From the NCBI GenBank assembly GCA_001563335.1, contig LRSL01000118.1, positions 2 to 64,001 of the forward strand: DNA of 64,000 nt, in the 5' to 3' direction. The notes under the pieces were generated by a model. The model saw nothing but the letters and a program-made list of their open reading frames with translations. It made no database searches and had not been told where the DNA came from. Origin of the DNA: Candidatus Thorarchaeota archaeon SMTZ1-45. GTDB lineage: Archaea; Asgardarchaeota; Thorarchaeia; Thorarchaeales; Thorarchaeaceae. The position numbers and the translations under genes are program-made. Below, in pieces: positions 27,280 through 37,489 of this stretch (position 1 is the first letter of the stretch; every line of letters starts with the position of its first letter).

Positions 27280-27351
27280 GCAACAATTCAGAGCCCCTAC
27301 GGCTAAGGTTTAATTGGCATAATCGGTGTTCTTACACATCCAGACAATTAG

Positions 27352-28326
27352 ATGGTGTTAATTGCAGTGTCATCACTAGTTTACATCCCAATTGAAAATG
27401 AACGCGTCCTTAGTCAACATCAGGAGTATATTCTGACAAATTACAGATGGATACAATTCGATAGAGGATCGCGAACAAGTGCTAGTTTACCCTTACACAT
27501 CATTAAGGAGTATAAGTTGACTACAAACTCTGCTATGTGCAAGGTTGTCAATGGAATTGTAAATTTCGTAGGAGCAATGCCAAGAAGAGAAGAATTGCGA
27601 GCTGCACTTGGACTTCGTGAGTTCGATAATCTCAGAGTTGGGGGACAGAGGAAGATTTGTGAAGTGAGTGGAGTGCCATTTGTACATCCAGACCATCCAT
27701 ATAATAGATGGATTTCAATTGGATTCCATAGACCATTTTCAAGACATTTCTATCAGACATTTGCATGGTTAAAAGGCGAGGAGGTCTTCACATATCATCC
27801 TGGAAGTTTCATACTTACAAACTATCGGTTGTATCAGTTTGATGCAGGTCCTAAGAAGATGTACATTTTCCCACTTCATATGGTTGAAACATTCGAAGCA
27901 AGAGGTAATGAACTCAAACTAAAAGCGACAACTGGAAAGTTCAAAATCAAAGGAAGAGTACCGCGACAGGACCATCTTTTGAGTGTGTGGCAGACTCGCG
28001 CATGGAGCCATATTTCGAAAGAACATCTAGACTGGTTAGTTCGGCCTTTCAGCTATATTGCACCTCATCACCCATTGTCACAATATTATGTTAGTGACAG
28101 TGCAACTGTCACACCAACTCCGGTTGCTCAAGAAACAACTCAGGAAATGCAGGTAACTGCAGGAAGTGCTGGTGCAGGTACAGTCTTCGTCAAACCAGTC
28201 ATAAAGGACAGATGCACTAATTGCTCAGCGCCCATGTCTTGGGAACAGATTGATTGGACAGGTCCAGATCAATATGCATGTCCTGCATGTGGTCATACTC
28301 ATAGAGTGGACTATGTTAGAATGTAA
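27352..28326 (+). CDS. Tandem PH/GRAM-like repeat protein with a C-terminal zinc ribbon
   Basis: Internal duplication: ILTNYRWIQFD..(L)PLHIIKEY and ILTNYRLYQFD..(F)PLHMVETF. The C-terminus reads CTNCSAP...CPACGHTH. Confidence 0.7.
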   Translation: MVLIAVSSLVYIPIENERVLSQHQEYILTNYRWIQFDRGSRTSASLPLHIIKEYKLTTNSAMCKVVNGIVNFVGAMPRREELRAALGLREFDNLRVGGQRKICEVSGVPFVHPDHPYNRWISIGFHRPFSRHFYQTFAWLKGEEVFTYHPGSFILTNYRLYQFDAGPKKMYIFPLHMVETFEARGNELKLKATTGKFKIKGRVPRQDHLLSVWQTRAWSHISKEHLDWLVRPFSYIAPHHPLSQYYVSDSATVTPTPVAQETTQEMQVTAGSAGAGTVFVKPVIKDRCTNCSAPMSWEQIDWTGPDQYACPACGHTHRVDYVRM

Positions 28327-28332
28327 TAATCT

Positions 28333-30225
28333 CTAGGAGTGGGCTTTGGTCCACTCCAATGAGAGTCTCTTGATTGTTTCTTTTGTTGGTAGACCTGTTT
28401 CTAAATCCCAACCACGGAGTCTGTAATAATCATCAAGCATAGGATCAAGATTTACAATCTGGCCTTTTCCTGGACCTTCAGGCATTGGTTCTTTAGTAAA
28501 TCTATCTGGTAGATTATCATCCTTACGAGTGATTCCTTCACGATTATTGAATAAGCGTTTCAGTGTTATTTGACGTTCTGCAATCTCTATAAGATTTTCA
28601 ACCTTCCCTAGATGTTTCTCTCCTGTTGCGAGAGGTAGCATCTCTGCAAAGTCTTCCATCCAAAATATGGGAGGCCATGAAACTGAATACCAACACACGA
28701 TCAAAGTATCTCTAATGCAATATGAGTTCTCACTCTCAAAGACTGCGTTTGCTTTGTGTTTCTCAGTGTATGGATCAATAATCTCAGGAAGTTTGTCAGC
28801 ACCCCATCTTTTTGCAGCTACGTCTTCATAACCCAGTTGGTCAACAACAACAAGACTTCTCAAGTGGTCAGCACCTCTTGCAGCAGTAGCATGTCCAAGC
28901 CCAATGCTTCGGTGTGTCCGACCATCCTGACCAGATACTTCCATTCCTTTTACATGAATAGCATACTTCTCTGAACCTCTCCCAATTGCATCAGAAGCCC
29001 TTTTACTGCCTTCAGCAAGCAGATCTCCAAATTCTTCCCTTTTCGCAATCATTTCCAAAAGACGGATAATCTGTTCTCTGTTGCCCCATTCAAGTTTGAG
29101 ACCTTTGGTATCTTTCTCTGATATGAGTCCATTCTCAAAGGCTTCAATAGCAAATCCTATGGTGGCTCCAGCAGAGATTATATCCATTCCATATCGATTG
29201 CAAATCTGATTCGCTTTCAGAGTAGTTGCATAGTCATCAATACCAAGAGAACTACCAAATGCCATTAAGCCTTCATATTCGGGTCCTTCCTCCAAGGTAC
29301 CAGCAAATGGTCCAGTCCGAACATAATTTACCTTCTTGCATCCAAGACTACAACCAAAACAGGCTCTATCAGAAATTGTGTATCTTGGTCTTATGTATTC
29401 GCCAGTTAATCTTTCAAAACCTGGAAATACACCAGTACGATGGTTGTATGTTGGTAATTCACCAATCTCTTGCTTGACTGCAGTTAAGATCCAAGTGCCC
29501 CACTTACTCATCTCTCTTGCCTGGGGATTCTGACGTACTCTGTAGTGTGCTTTCTTAGCAAGCTCTAAGAAACCTTCATGGTCGTATACACTCACTCCAC
29601 CATGACCGCGAATCGAGATTGCTTTTACATTCTTGGATCCTAAAACTGCACCCATTCCTGTACGACCAGCAGCTCGAGCGTGATTCACCATTACTGAAGC
29701 AAATCGAACCATACGCTCACCTGCAGGACCGATGGCTGCAACTTGAATGTCAGGATCACGATGTTTCTTCTTGATGCTGATAGTTGTCTGGTCAGTGGTC
29801 GTTCCCCACAACTTAGATGCATCTTGAAGTTCAAGAGATGAATCTTCAATATGAATATAGACTGGGCGGTCTGCTTTGCCTTCAACAACCAATAAGTCGT
29901 ATCCAGCATATTTGAGTTCTGGACCCAAGAATCCACCAACATGACTTTCACCCCAGATGCCTGTCAAGGGTGCCTTCGAGATAAACACAGTTCTGCCACT
30001 CATTGGCCACATTGTACCTGTGATTGGTCCTGTAGCCAAAATGAGCTTGTTATCTACACTTAGTGGATCGATACCTGCAGGTATTTCTTCAAAGAGTATC
30101 TTAACACCAAACCCATCGCCACCAATATAGTCTCTTATCCATTCAGTCGAGAGAGGGTCAATTCTGAATGTATCCTCACTTAGATTGACTCGTAGAATCC
30201 TCCCCTTGTAACCATCGGCAGTCAC
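28333..30225 (-). CDS. aor: Tungsten-type aldehyde:ferredoxin oxidoreductase
   Basis: The AOR N-terminus GYKGRILRVNL and the cluster cysteines ACFGCSLGC are present. The preferred start is the GTG at 30225, 1 nt after the ferredoxin stop, with GGAG 10 nt upstream. The longer ORF to 30381 would overlap the ferredoxin gene. Confidence 0.9.
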   Translation of the reverse strand: MTADGYKGRILRVNLSEDTFRIDPLSTEWIRDYIGGDGFGVKILFEEIPAGIDPLSVDNKLILATGPITGTMWPMSGRTVFISKAPLTGIWGESHVGGFLGPELKYAGYDLLVVEGKADRPVYIHIEDSSLELQDASKLWGTTTDQTTISIKKKHRDPDIQVAAIGPAGERMVRFASVMVNHARAAGRTGMGAVLGSKNVKAISIRGHGGVSVYDHEGFLELAKKAHYRVRQNPQAREMSKWGTWILTAVKQEIGELPTYNHRTGVFPGFERLTGEYIRPRYTISDRACFGCSLGCKKVNYVRTGPFAGTLEEGPEYEGLMAFGSSLGIDDYATTLKANQICNRYGMDIISAGATIGFAIEAFENGLISEKDTKGLKLEWGNREQIIRLLEMIAKREEFGDLLAEGSKRASDAIGRGSEKYAIHVKGMEVSGQDGRTHRSIGLGHATAARGADHLRSLVVVDQLGYEDVAAKRWGADKLPEIIDPYTEKHKANAVFESENSYCIRDTLIVCWYSVSWPPIFWMEDFAEMLPLATGEKHLGKVENLIEIAERQITLKRLFNNREGITRKDDNLPDRFTKEPMPEGPGKGQIVNLDPMLDDYYRLRGWDLETGLPTKETIKRLSLEWTKAHS

Positions 30226-30226
30226 T

Positions 30227-30751
30227 TCATTCAACTCCGCTGGATTCCTGAGCAGACCTCTGAATTTCTCTAAGGTAGCTTGAGATTTTGCCATGCCGAT
30301 CAATCGAAGGAGCAACGGAAACCTCAGAGTATGTGATTGCACCAGTTGGACAAGCTTTAGCACACTCTGGATCACCGCCACAATGATCGCATTTGATTAT
30401 TCTCATCAAAAAATTGTCCAGTAATATTATTCCGTTAACACAAGCTCCCACACATGATTTACAGAGAATACATTTGTCTTCATCTAGAAAGGTCATTTTC
30501 GTTATCGGGTTTCGCCGTATTGCATATACTGGACAAACATCTACACAAGGAGCAGTTTCGCAGGGACCACAGACATTGGGAAGATCTATCCCAAGATCGT
30601 CATATCGAACGATCTTAAGCCTGGCAAGACTTGGTTGAAAGCGATTTTCTTTTTTCGCAGTGCACGCAAGTTCACAGATTCTGCAACCTGTACATTTTGT
30701 GAAATCAACGACAAGGTGCGATGACATAGGACCAACTCGTAGGCATCTCAT
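30227..30751 (-). CDS. 4Fe-4S multi-cluster ferredoxin-type protein (AOR partner)
   Basis: CTGCRICELAC, CGPCETAPCVDVCP, CILCKSCVGAC and CDHCGGDPECAKACP cluster motifs. Confidence 0.85.
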   Translation of the reverse strand: MRCLRVGPMSSHLVVDFTKCTGCRICELACTAKKENRFQPSLARLKIVRYDDLGIDLPNVCGPCETAPCVDVCPVYAIRRNPITKMTFLDEDKCILCKSCVGACVNGIILLDNFLMRIIKCDHCGGDPECAKACPTGAITYSEVSVAPSIDRHGKISSYLREIQRSAQESSGVE

Positions 30752-30835
30752 TTCTACAATTCCACACTAAAATGCTTCGGACTATCTATACGTTTTATTA
30801 GGAGCAAGGTTCTACTATCGATTGGGTAGAATATT

Positions 30836-31219
30836 ATGTCCGAGGAAGAAAATGTCGAGGTCGACACAGGAAAGAAGAAGAAAAAAGTCGATTACTGTGA
30901 AGTCGAATTCGAAATTGGTAATATCGAGTTCGAAGCAAAAGGGCGGAGTATTGTTGTTGAACGTATGTTCAGAATGCTCTTAGAGAAAATCGAAGAGGGA
31001 AAATTAGTCGCCGAATTCAGATTACAAGACATTGATGAGGAAGAGGAAGAAGAGGAGGAGGAAGAAGAACTCCCACCTATGGAGCTCTTTGAAGAATCCG
31101 AGGAATCAGAACCAACTCCTGTTGAACCTGGGCTAGATCCACCTCCTGCTTGGGACAGTCTTGAAACTGAAGAACCCGATATTTCAGATGCTGAACGCGA
31201 AGAATTTGGAATCGACTAG
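30836..31219 (+). CDS. Hypothetical acidic protein
   Basis: 127 aa with a poly-Glu run (DIDEEEEEEEEEEEL) and an acidic C-terminus. Confidence 0.5.
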   Translation: MSEEENVEVDTGKKKKKVDYCEVEFEIGNIEFEAKGRSIVVERMFRMLLEKIEEGKLVAEFRLQDIDEEEEEEEEEEELPPMELFEESEESEPTPVEPGLDPPPAWDSLETEEPDISDAEREEFGID

Positions 31220-31232
31220 TTGCTGTTTCAAA

Positions 31233-32300
31233 TTATTCCACTGGCACTACCCATCCATGGGGATCTTCCCGTTCTCCAGATTGGATGCCAATCAAATCAT
31301 CGAAGAGCTTTTGAGTTAGCTCTCCAGTTTGACCATTAGAAACTTCATAGGGGATTCCTTTATACCAGAGAGACCCTACTGGAGCTATTATGGCAGCTGT
31401 ACCACAACCAAAGATTTCTTTCACTTTCCCTGAAGAGATACCCTCAATAACCTCATCTATGGAAACCATTCGTTCCTTCGGAGTCAAACCATAATCCTTC
31501 ACTAGAGTCAGCACCGAAGCTCTTGTAATTCCCGGCAATATAGATCCACTAAGAGGCGGAGTTACAACCTCATCATCAAATCGAACAAAGAGATTCATTG
31601 TGCCGACTTCTTCTATCCATTTTCGTTCAAGTGCATCCAGCCATAGAACTTGTGAGTAACCAACCTTGGTTGCATCAGTTCCTGCAAGTAGGCTTGCAGC
31701 ATAATTTCCAACAGCTTTGGCTGCACCAGTTCCGCCCTTCACTGCACGGACATATTTATCACTGACATAGATCTTTACAGGAGCAAATCCTTCTTTGAAA
31801 TATGGACCTACTGGACTTAGTATCACATAATATAGATACTCTGAGGATGGACGAACTCCAAGCTTTGGTTCAGTTGCAATCATCGTAGGACGAATATAGA
31901 GAGAGCTGCCAAGCACCTCAGGAACCCAATCGGAGTCGATCTTCAAAAGCTCCTTAAGCGAGTGCAGCGCAAAATCCACATCAATAAAAGGCATTACCAT
32001 TCTTTCTGCAGATGCATTCAATCGTTGAAAGTTCATTTCTGGTCTGAATAGGAGTACCTTTTCTCCTCTTCTGTATGCTTTCAAACCCTCAAATATTCCT
32101 TGACCATAATGAAGACACAATGCAGCAGGTTCTAAGGAAAGTGGACTGTATGGATGAATCCTCGCATCTTTCCAACTAGTGCCATCATGACGCATTGAAA
32201 ACATGTGGTCAGAAAAGACCGTGCCAAAGGGTACCTCTAGCACGTCAGTTGGTTTTTCCTTCCTTTGATCCTTGGGAACTAGATCGATGTCGATTTTCAT
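31233..32300 (-). CDS. ilvE: Branched-chain-amino-acid aminotransferase (fold type IV)
   Basis: EGLKAYR, EVGTMNLF and LPGITR motifs. The ATG at 32300 is preferred over the TTG at 32315. Confidence 0.9.
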   Translation of the reverse strand: MKIDIDLVPKDQRKEKPTDVLEVPFGTVFSDHMFSMRHDGTSWKDARIHPYSPLSLEPAALCLHYGQGIFEGLKAYRRGEKVLLFRPEMNFQRLNASAERMVMPFIDVDFALHSLKELLKIDSDWVPEVLGSSLYIRPTMIATEPKLGVRPSSEYLYYVILSPVGPYFKEGFAPVKIYVSDKYVRAVKGGTGAAKAVGNYAASLLAGTDATKVGYSQVLWLDALERKWIEEVGTMNLFVRFDDEVVTPPLSGSILPGITRASVLTLVKDYGLTPKERMVSIDEVIEGISSGKVKEIFGCGTAAIIAPVGSLWYKGIPYEVSNGQTGELTQKLFDDLIGIQSGEREDPHGWVVPVE

Positions 32301-32448
32301 TCTCAAGCACAACAATTATAGACTATGCATATCCGCCTCTTAAGCGGATAGGTTTATTGAAATTCTATAAAGATGGTTAATAATTGTGTCTTAGAAAATC
32401 CCTTAAGTCAGACAATCACTGATGAACACACTGCAGGAGTAACATAAA

Positions 32449-33054
32449 ATGAGTCATCATGAAGGAGCTCCACCTGAGGATGTTTACTATATCGATCCAA
32501 AAGAAGTACTCTCTCAATATAGTGTGGAGTGGGTTTCCCTCAGGAAATCGTTTGATGAGATAAAGAAGCAACTTCTTGAAGTACAAGCAGAACTCAGTCA
32601 ACTTGACAGACAGCTAGAAAATGGCACAATTACAGACCAAGAACATATCAAACTATATCGCGAAAAATGGGCTGAATCTACTCAGATTGTACAAGTGAAG
32701 AGAGAAGTGGAAAGTAGGCTATATGAGATTCAGAGAGAAATCCGTGCTGCAAACAGACAACTTAAGCAGGCTGAAGCGGAACGTCTCCGGAGAGAAAGAA
32801 TTGAGCAGGAAAAAGCCAATGCGATGATTGAATGGATGTCACTCAAACAAGGTTTTGATCTAGTCACTGCAAGAAGAAACGAGATTAATGCAGAGTCTGA
32901 CAAGCTGGAATTCAAGCGACGAATTGGAAAAATCTCTGAAGAAGAGTACAGGGAAAGTCGAATTCAGCATATCAGACAATTGGCTGAACTTAGTACAGTG
33001 GAGTCAGATGTTAAACGAAGACTTGCAGAACTTCTAGAAATAATAAGGCACTAA
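32449..33054 (+). CDS. Hypothetical coiled-coil protein
   Basis: 201 aa, heptad-rich and charged throughout. No motif. Confidence 0.6.
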   Translation: MSHHEGAPPEDVYYIDPKEVLSQYSVEWVSLRKSFDEIKKQLLEVQAELSQLDRQLENGTITDQEHIKLYREKWAESTQIVQVKREVESRLYEIQREIRAANRQLKQAEAERLRRERIEQEKANAMIEWMSLKQGFDLVTARRNEINAESDKLEFKRRIGKISEEEYRESRIQHIRQLAELSTVESDVKRRLAELLEIIRH

Positions 33055-33120
33055 GTGTCGTTTAATTCATGAGAAAAAGAGCACTTGCAGAACCCAAAAG
33101 AGGGTCCTGCAAATCTGAGT

Positions 33121-34482
33121 TTATAGGCGATGTCCTTGGTCAATCATTGCATTTGCAACTTTTAGGAAACCTGCAATATTAGCACCCATGACATAGTTAC
33201 CTTTCTTGCCAAAAAGTTCGGATGTCTTGTATGCATTCGCATGAATGTTTTGCATGATTTGATGTAGCTTTGCATCAACCTCATCACGAGTCCAAAAGAA
33301 ACGTTGACTGTTCTGAGCCATCTCAAGTCCTGAAACTGAAACTCCACCAGCATTAGCTGCTTTTCCGGGTCCAAAGAGAATGTTATTCTCTAAGAAGATT
33401 TCAACACCCTCAGGAACTGTGGGCATGTTAGCACCTTCACCGATAGCTAACACTCCATTGTCCACAAGCATTTTTGCTTCTTTTCCATCAACTTCATTTT
33501 GGGTTGCGCTGGGAAGAGCAATATCGCACTTCAGACTCCATGGAGTCCCATCTTTGCTTTCAGTGTAATCCACTTTGAAATGTTCAGCGTATTCCTTGAT
33601 TCGTCCTCTTCGAACATTTTTCAAGTCCATTATCCACGATAGCTTTTCTTCATCAATACCATCTGGATCGTGAATCCAGCCAGAGGAATCACTCAAAGCA
33701 ATAACCTTCGCACCAAGTTGAATACACTTCTCAGTAGCATATTGAGCAACATTACCAGAGCCGGAAACGACAGCAATCTTTCCCTTCATGTCTTCTCCGC
33801 GAGTCTTGAGCATCTCCTGAACGAAATAGACACAGCCGTATCCTGTTGCTTCAGGTCTAATTAGTGAACCACCCCAACCAGCACTTTTACCTGTAAGGAC
33901 ACAGGTTCCATGGTTGTTCGTGATTTTTCGATATGCCCCATACAAATAACCTATTTCTCTTGCTCCTACACCAATATCTCCTGCAGGTATATCGATAAAC
34001 TGACCTATGTGTCGATATAGTTCAAACATAAAGCTCTCACAGAAGTTCTCTACTTCTGCATCTGTCTTACCTTTTGGATCAAAATCTGAACCGCCTTTTC
34101 CTCCACCCATTGGCAGCGTTGTAAGACTGTTCTTGAAGACTTGTTCAAAGCCTAGGAATTTTAAAACACCTTGTGTGACTGTAGGATGGAAACGCAGACC
34201 ACCCTTGTATGGTCCAATCGCTGAGTTGTATTGAACTCTAAAGCCACGATTAACATGAATCTTGCCATCTTTATCCTTCCAAGGAACACGGAACTGAATT
34301 ATCCTTTCAGGCTCGGTTATCCTCTCAAGAATAGAATATTCCTCATACTTGGGATACTTCTGAATGGCAGGCTCCAAACTCTCAAGTACTTCCAACGACG
34401 CTTGATGGAAAACCTTCTGTTCGGGATCTTTCTCAACAAGGTTGTTGTATACATGTTCTATGTATCTATCCAAGTGACTCAC
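33121..34482 (-). CDS. gdhA: Glutamate dehydrogenase (NAD(P)+)
   Basis: LPMGGGKGGSDFDPKGK catalytic-Lys motif, a GSGNVA dinucleotide fold, and the length typical of hexameric GDH. Confidence 0.95.
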   Translation of the reverse strand: MSHLDRYIEHVYNNLVEKDPEQKVFHQASLEVLESLEPAIQKYPKYEEYSILERITEPERIIQFRVPWKDKDGKIHVNRGFRVQYNSAIGPYKGGLRFHPTVTQGVLKFLGFEQVFKNSLTTLPMGGGKGGSDFDPKGKTDAEVENFCESFMFELYRHIGQFIDIPAGDIGVGAREIGYLYGAYRKITNNHGTCVLTGKSAGWGGSLIRPEATGYGCVYFVQEMLKTRGEDMKGKIAVVSGSGNVAQYATEKCIQLGAKVIALSDSSGWIHDPDGIDEEKLSWIMDLKNVRRGRIKEYAEHFKVDYTESKDGTPWSLKCDIALPSATQNEVDGKEAKMLVDNGVLAIGEGANMPTVPEGVEIFLENNILFGPGKAANAGGVSVSGLEMAQNSQRFFWTRDEVDAKLHQIMQNIHANAYKTSELFGKKGNYVMGANIAGFLKVANAMIDQGHRL

Positions 34483-34654
34483 TCACCACTATTAATGCAC
34501 GCACGGTGCGCGTTATGACTTCCACATAAATCAATCGGAATCGAACCCAGACATAAAAAGCCTCTAAAACTACTGTTTTTGTCCATGTGTCTTCATCATT
34601 GTAAGACAAACAGTCATTAGTGCTGTTAGGAGATGAAAAACTGGGCAAGAAGAT

Positions 34655-35296
34655 ATGCCAACATTTGAACAGGAATGGATAAGTCCAATCTTAGAAGTGT
34701 ATAAGAAAGGAAAGATCACTGAGAGCTATTCAGTTCTTCTAGGTTTCAATCCCTTAGGACATGCACTTTGTAGAAGACTGTATGAGAGTAACGATTTCGA
34801 AACTGTTCTTCTCTTTAACTCACCAGCCTTCTCCTCATGGAATAGATATCCAATCGATCTAAAACCTCCTGTGGTTCCTGTGCATGGATTGGTGACAGAA
34901 GACTTAATGATAATATTTGGTGATGTTATGATTAAGGAATATGATTGGATGACAGATTTGCTCTTTTATCTCAGGGGAAATGTGCCAACTAGGTTTGTAA
35001 TCTCATTTATGATTCATGATGGACCTACATGTGGACAGGTGCTTTCAAAGAAAGGTGATAGATTATTAAAGAGAATGGATGTTCCTCTAGGTAGGTCTGA
35101 GTTCTATGATGGAATCACAGCGCCTTTAATTAGCGCAGGCAGTGCTGCTGGCCTCGACCCAGTTATCTTATTCCTTGAGGAATCAAAGGATCAAGAGGTC
35201 ATTCTTCAAGTTGATGAAATAACAGTCACCGAAGCTGATGTGGAAGAAGCTCATCAGATTCTCAAGAGAGGATTAGACTTTCAGCTCACTCTTTAA
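34655..35296 (+). CDS. Hypothetical protein (possibly PAC2/ATP-grasp-like; weak)
   Basis: 213-aa ORF with a 4-nt tail-to-tail overlap with the next gene. No firm motif. Confidence 0.5.
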   Translation: MPTFEQEWISPILEVYKKGKITESYSVLLGFNPLGHALCRRLYESNDFETVLLFNSPAFSSWNRYPIDLKPPVVPVHGLVTEDLMIIFGDVMIKEYDWMTDLLFYLRGNVPTRFVISFMIHDGPTCGQVLSKKGDRLLKRMDVPLGRSEFYDGITAPLISAGSAAGLDPVILFLEESKDQEVILQVDEITVTEADVEEAHQILKRGLDFQLTL

Positions 35297-36018
35297 TCCT
35301 CATTCTCGTCTATTGTTGTTCTTCCATAGCCAATTCGATTGCGCCCAGACATCTGATCGAATCGTTCATGTATATCACTCCGTGAGATTCTGCTGTCGCA
35401 ATTATTGCACATCAATGCTCTTGTTTCCTTAACATTTACTATGTCCCCACAGGAGATGCATGTCCATAATCCTCCTTGGAGAAGTTTTGTCTTTCTGAAG
35501 ACCACTCTAGCCATTTCTTTAAGAGATTCAGGACAGTCATCAGCAACCCCTACAACTCCCTTTTCTGACCATTCACAAAGAACTGAAACCAGAGTTGTCA
35601 TTAATTCGATAATTCGAGTTGTTCGATCCTCTATTTCAGTTGAGGATTCAGATTTTGTATCTCTGCGAGCGTCAGAGATCCTTGATAGCATTTCTATGAA
35701 TGCAAAGAAAGCTGGTGCTGGAAATTTTTCTCTACCTCGAGCTTCAACCATTTGACCAAGAACAGCGGAAATCATCAAAGTTTGAGTATAATCTTCTCGC
35801 AGGATTTGTTCAGCTTCTTGGACAATCTTCTCAACATCAATTCGATATTTGTTTTCTTTCAGTCCGTGTTCTTCAGCAATATCTCTTATAGATTCTAAAA
35901 GACCCATTCCTTTTGCCATCATGCGATTGACCTTTCTTGCAATGGTGTGATATGGCAATCCAGCATCATTAGCAAGCCGCTGCAAGAGATCTCTGGCTGT
36001 CAGACTCAACCGTAGCAC
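35293..36018 (-). CDS. Putative HTH regulator with a C-terminal zinc ribbon
   Basis: N-terminal LPYHTIARKVNRM helix-turn-helix-like segment. C-terminal CISCGD...CNNCDSR. GTG start. Confidence 0.55.
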   Translation of the reverse strand: MLRLSLTARDLLQRLANDAGLPYHTIARKVNRMMAKGMGLLESIRDIAEEHGLKENKYRIDVEKIVQEAEQILREDYTQTLMISAVLGQMVEARGREKFPAPAFFAFIEMLSRISDARRDTKSESSTEIEDRTTRIIELMTTLVSVLCEWSEKGVVGVADDCPESLKEMARVVFRKTKLLQGGLWTCISCGDIVNVKETRALMCNNCDSRISRSDIHERFDQMSGRNRIGYGRTTIDENED

Positions 36019-36143
36019 GTACCTGTGGTGACACGATTCTTTGACACAATCACCATTTTAGGTTACCGTAGCACTCATGGAAAAATGATGACTGGGAAAA
36101 ATCTCATAAAGGGATATTTGACGCCAAAACACGGTAGTCTACC

Positions 36144-37130
36144 ATGAAAGATTATGATATTATCCTCGCAAGCGGCGCTGAACACTTGAAGGAAAGTTTT
36201 CAAGAAGAGGGATTTCGCGTGTTCACATCTGGTCTTAACTATGATAGGAAGAGACTTTTTCCAAATGCAGACATATATGCTAAGCTAGAGGATATTTCAG
36301 AACTGTCAGATAGAAGAGTCGTTATCATTCAAAGTTGTACGGGGTCAGGACCTGCTGAAAATGAGCCATATACAACCTCTGACCGAGTTGTTGAACTCCT
36401 GCTTCTACTTGACCTTCTGGCTAGACCTGTAGCTGTTAGAGAAATAGGACACAAGTCCTATGAATGTAAACCGATAGCTCCTCCAAATATTGTAGAAGTG
36501 GTTTTGACATTCCAGCCTTTTGCTTTACAGGATAAAGCATTCAGAACGGGAGAGGCTGTGTCATGCAGATGGGCAATTGAAACCATCGTAAAAGCATGCA
36601 ACAAAGTATGGGTTGTCAATCCACATGCTCCAGATAGTCTTGAATGGGTGCAGGAGTTGAGAAGTAGGAATCTCTATGATACTATAGATGTAATTCCTGA
36701 TCTAGTCAAGTTCGCAGCAACGCATTTTGATTTTAAAGATCCAATTCTTGTGACACCCGATGAAGGAGCTCGGGAGAGGTATAAAATCCAGGGATTCGGA
36801 AAGCATAGAGAAGATTCATTCAAAGTTGATCTGCATGGGAACATTGGAGTTCGAGATAGAGAAGTAATTATAATAGATGACCTAACCAAAAGTGGTAGCA
36901 CTCTTTTGAAAGCTGCAGACAGATTGAGAAATCAAGGAGCAGATCATGTAGGAATGGCAGTCGCACATGTATTACCCTTGATTGAACGAGGAGAAGAATT
37001 GCTTGAGGAGCTGTTAGAAAAAGCTAGGGGAATGATTGTAACTACAAACACAATATATACTGAGATTTTTTGTGAACAAAATCCTCAATTAACATACAAT
37101 ATAGTTCAGACTTTGGTGAAGCATTTGTAG
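36144..37130 (+). CDS. prs: Ribose-phosphate pyrophosphokinase (archaeal type)
   Basis: FALQDKAFRTGEA...VNPHA and the PRPP-binding loop VIIIDDLTKSGSTL parallel the M. jannaschii Prs layout. Confidence 0.8.
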   Translation: MKDYDIILASGAEHLKESFQEEGFRVFTSGLNYDRKRLFPNADIYAKLEDISELSDRRVVIIQSCTGSGPAENEPYTTSDRVVELLLLLDLLARPVAVREIGHKSYECKPIAPPNIVEVVLTFQPFALQDKAFRTGEAVSCRWAIETIVKACNKVWVVNPHAPDSLEWVQELRSRNLYDTIDVIPDLVKFAATHFDFKDPILVTPDEGARERYKIQGFGKHREDSFKVDLHGNIGVRDREVIIIDDLTKSGSTLLKAADRLRNQGADHVGMAVAHVLPLIERGEELLEELLEKARGMIVTTNTIYTEIFCEQNPQLTYNIVQTLVKHL

Positions 37131-37144
37131 TCACATACAATGTT

Positions 37145-37441
37145 TCAGTCGATATAATCTTCAGCATTTTCTTTTGCAGTCCATGCCTTTGTAGTAAGCT
37201 TCTCAACAAGATTTCTCTTTTCAAGGTCGAGAAGTGCTTGTACAATATCATTTTGATTACAGGCAAAATTACGCCGTCTTAAGATTGAAGCAATAGCGTT
37301 TGGCCTGCGATTATCAGCAAGGATTAATCGAAGGATATTTTTTTGAAGCTCGGTGATTTCCTCAGACATTATAACCATGCAACTCGGCTCTTGTTGAGTT
37401 CTTAAGATTATCTCTGAAACAGAACTCATCATCATCACCAT
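37145..37441 (-). CDS. Small winged-helix-like protein
   Basis: 98-aa ORF (the real start may be the internal MSEEITELQ). LQKNILRLIL...IVQALLDLEKRNLVEKL resembles a wHTH. Confidence 0.45.
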   Translation of the reverse strand: MVMMMSSVSEIILRTQQEPSCMVIMSEEITELQKNILRLILADNRRPNAIASILRRRNFACNQNDIVQALLDLEKRNLVEKLTTKAWTAKENAEDYID

Positions 37442-37489
37442 GACGAAACCCTTTTGTTGTGTTTGTTAGTTGCGCCAGAGGGTTATGGC

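Noticed and set aside
34535-34552. The minus strand reads GGGTTCGATTCCG, resembling a tRNA T-arm.
   Set aside because: The flanks do not form a 5-bp T stem, an acceptor stem or an anticodon arm. It is most likely chance or a tiny relic.
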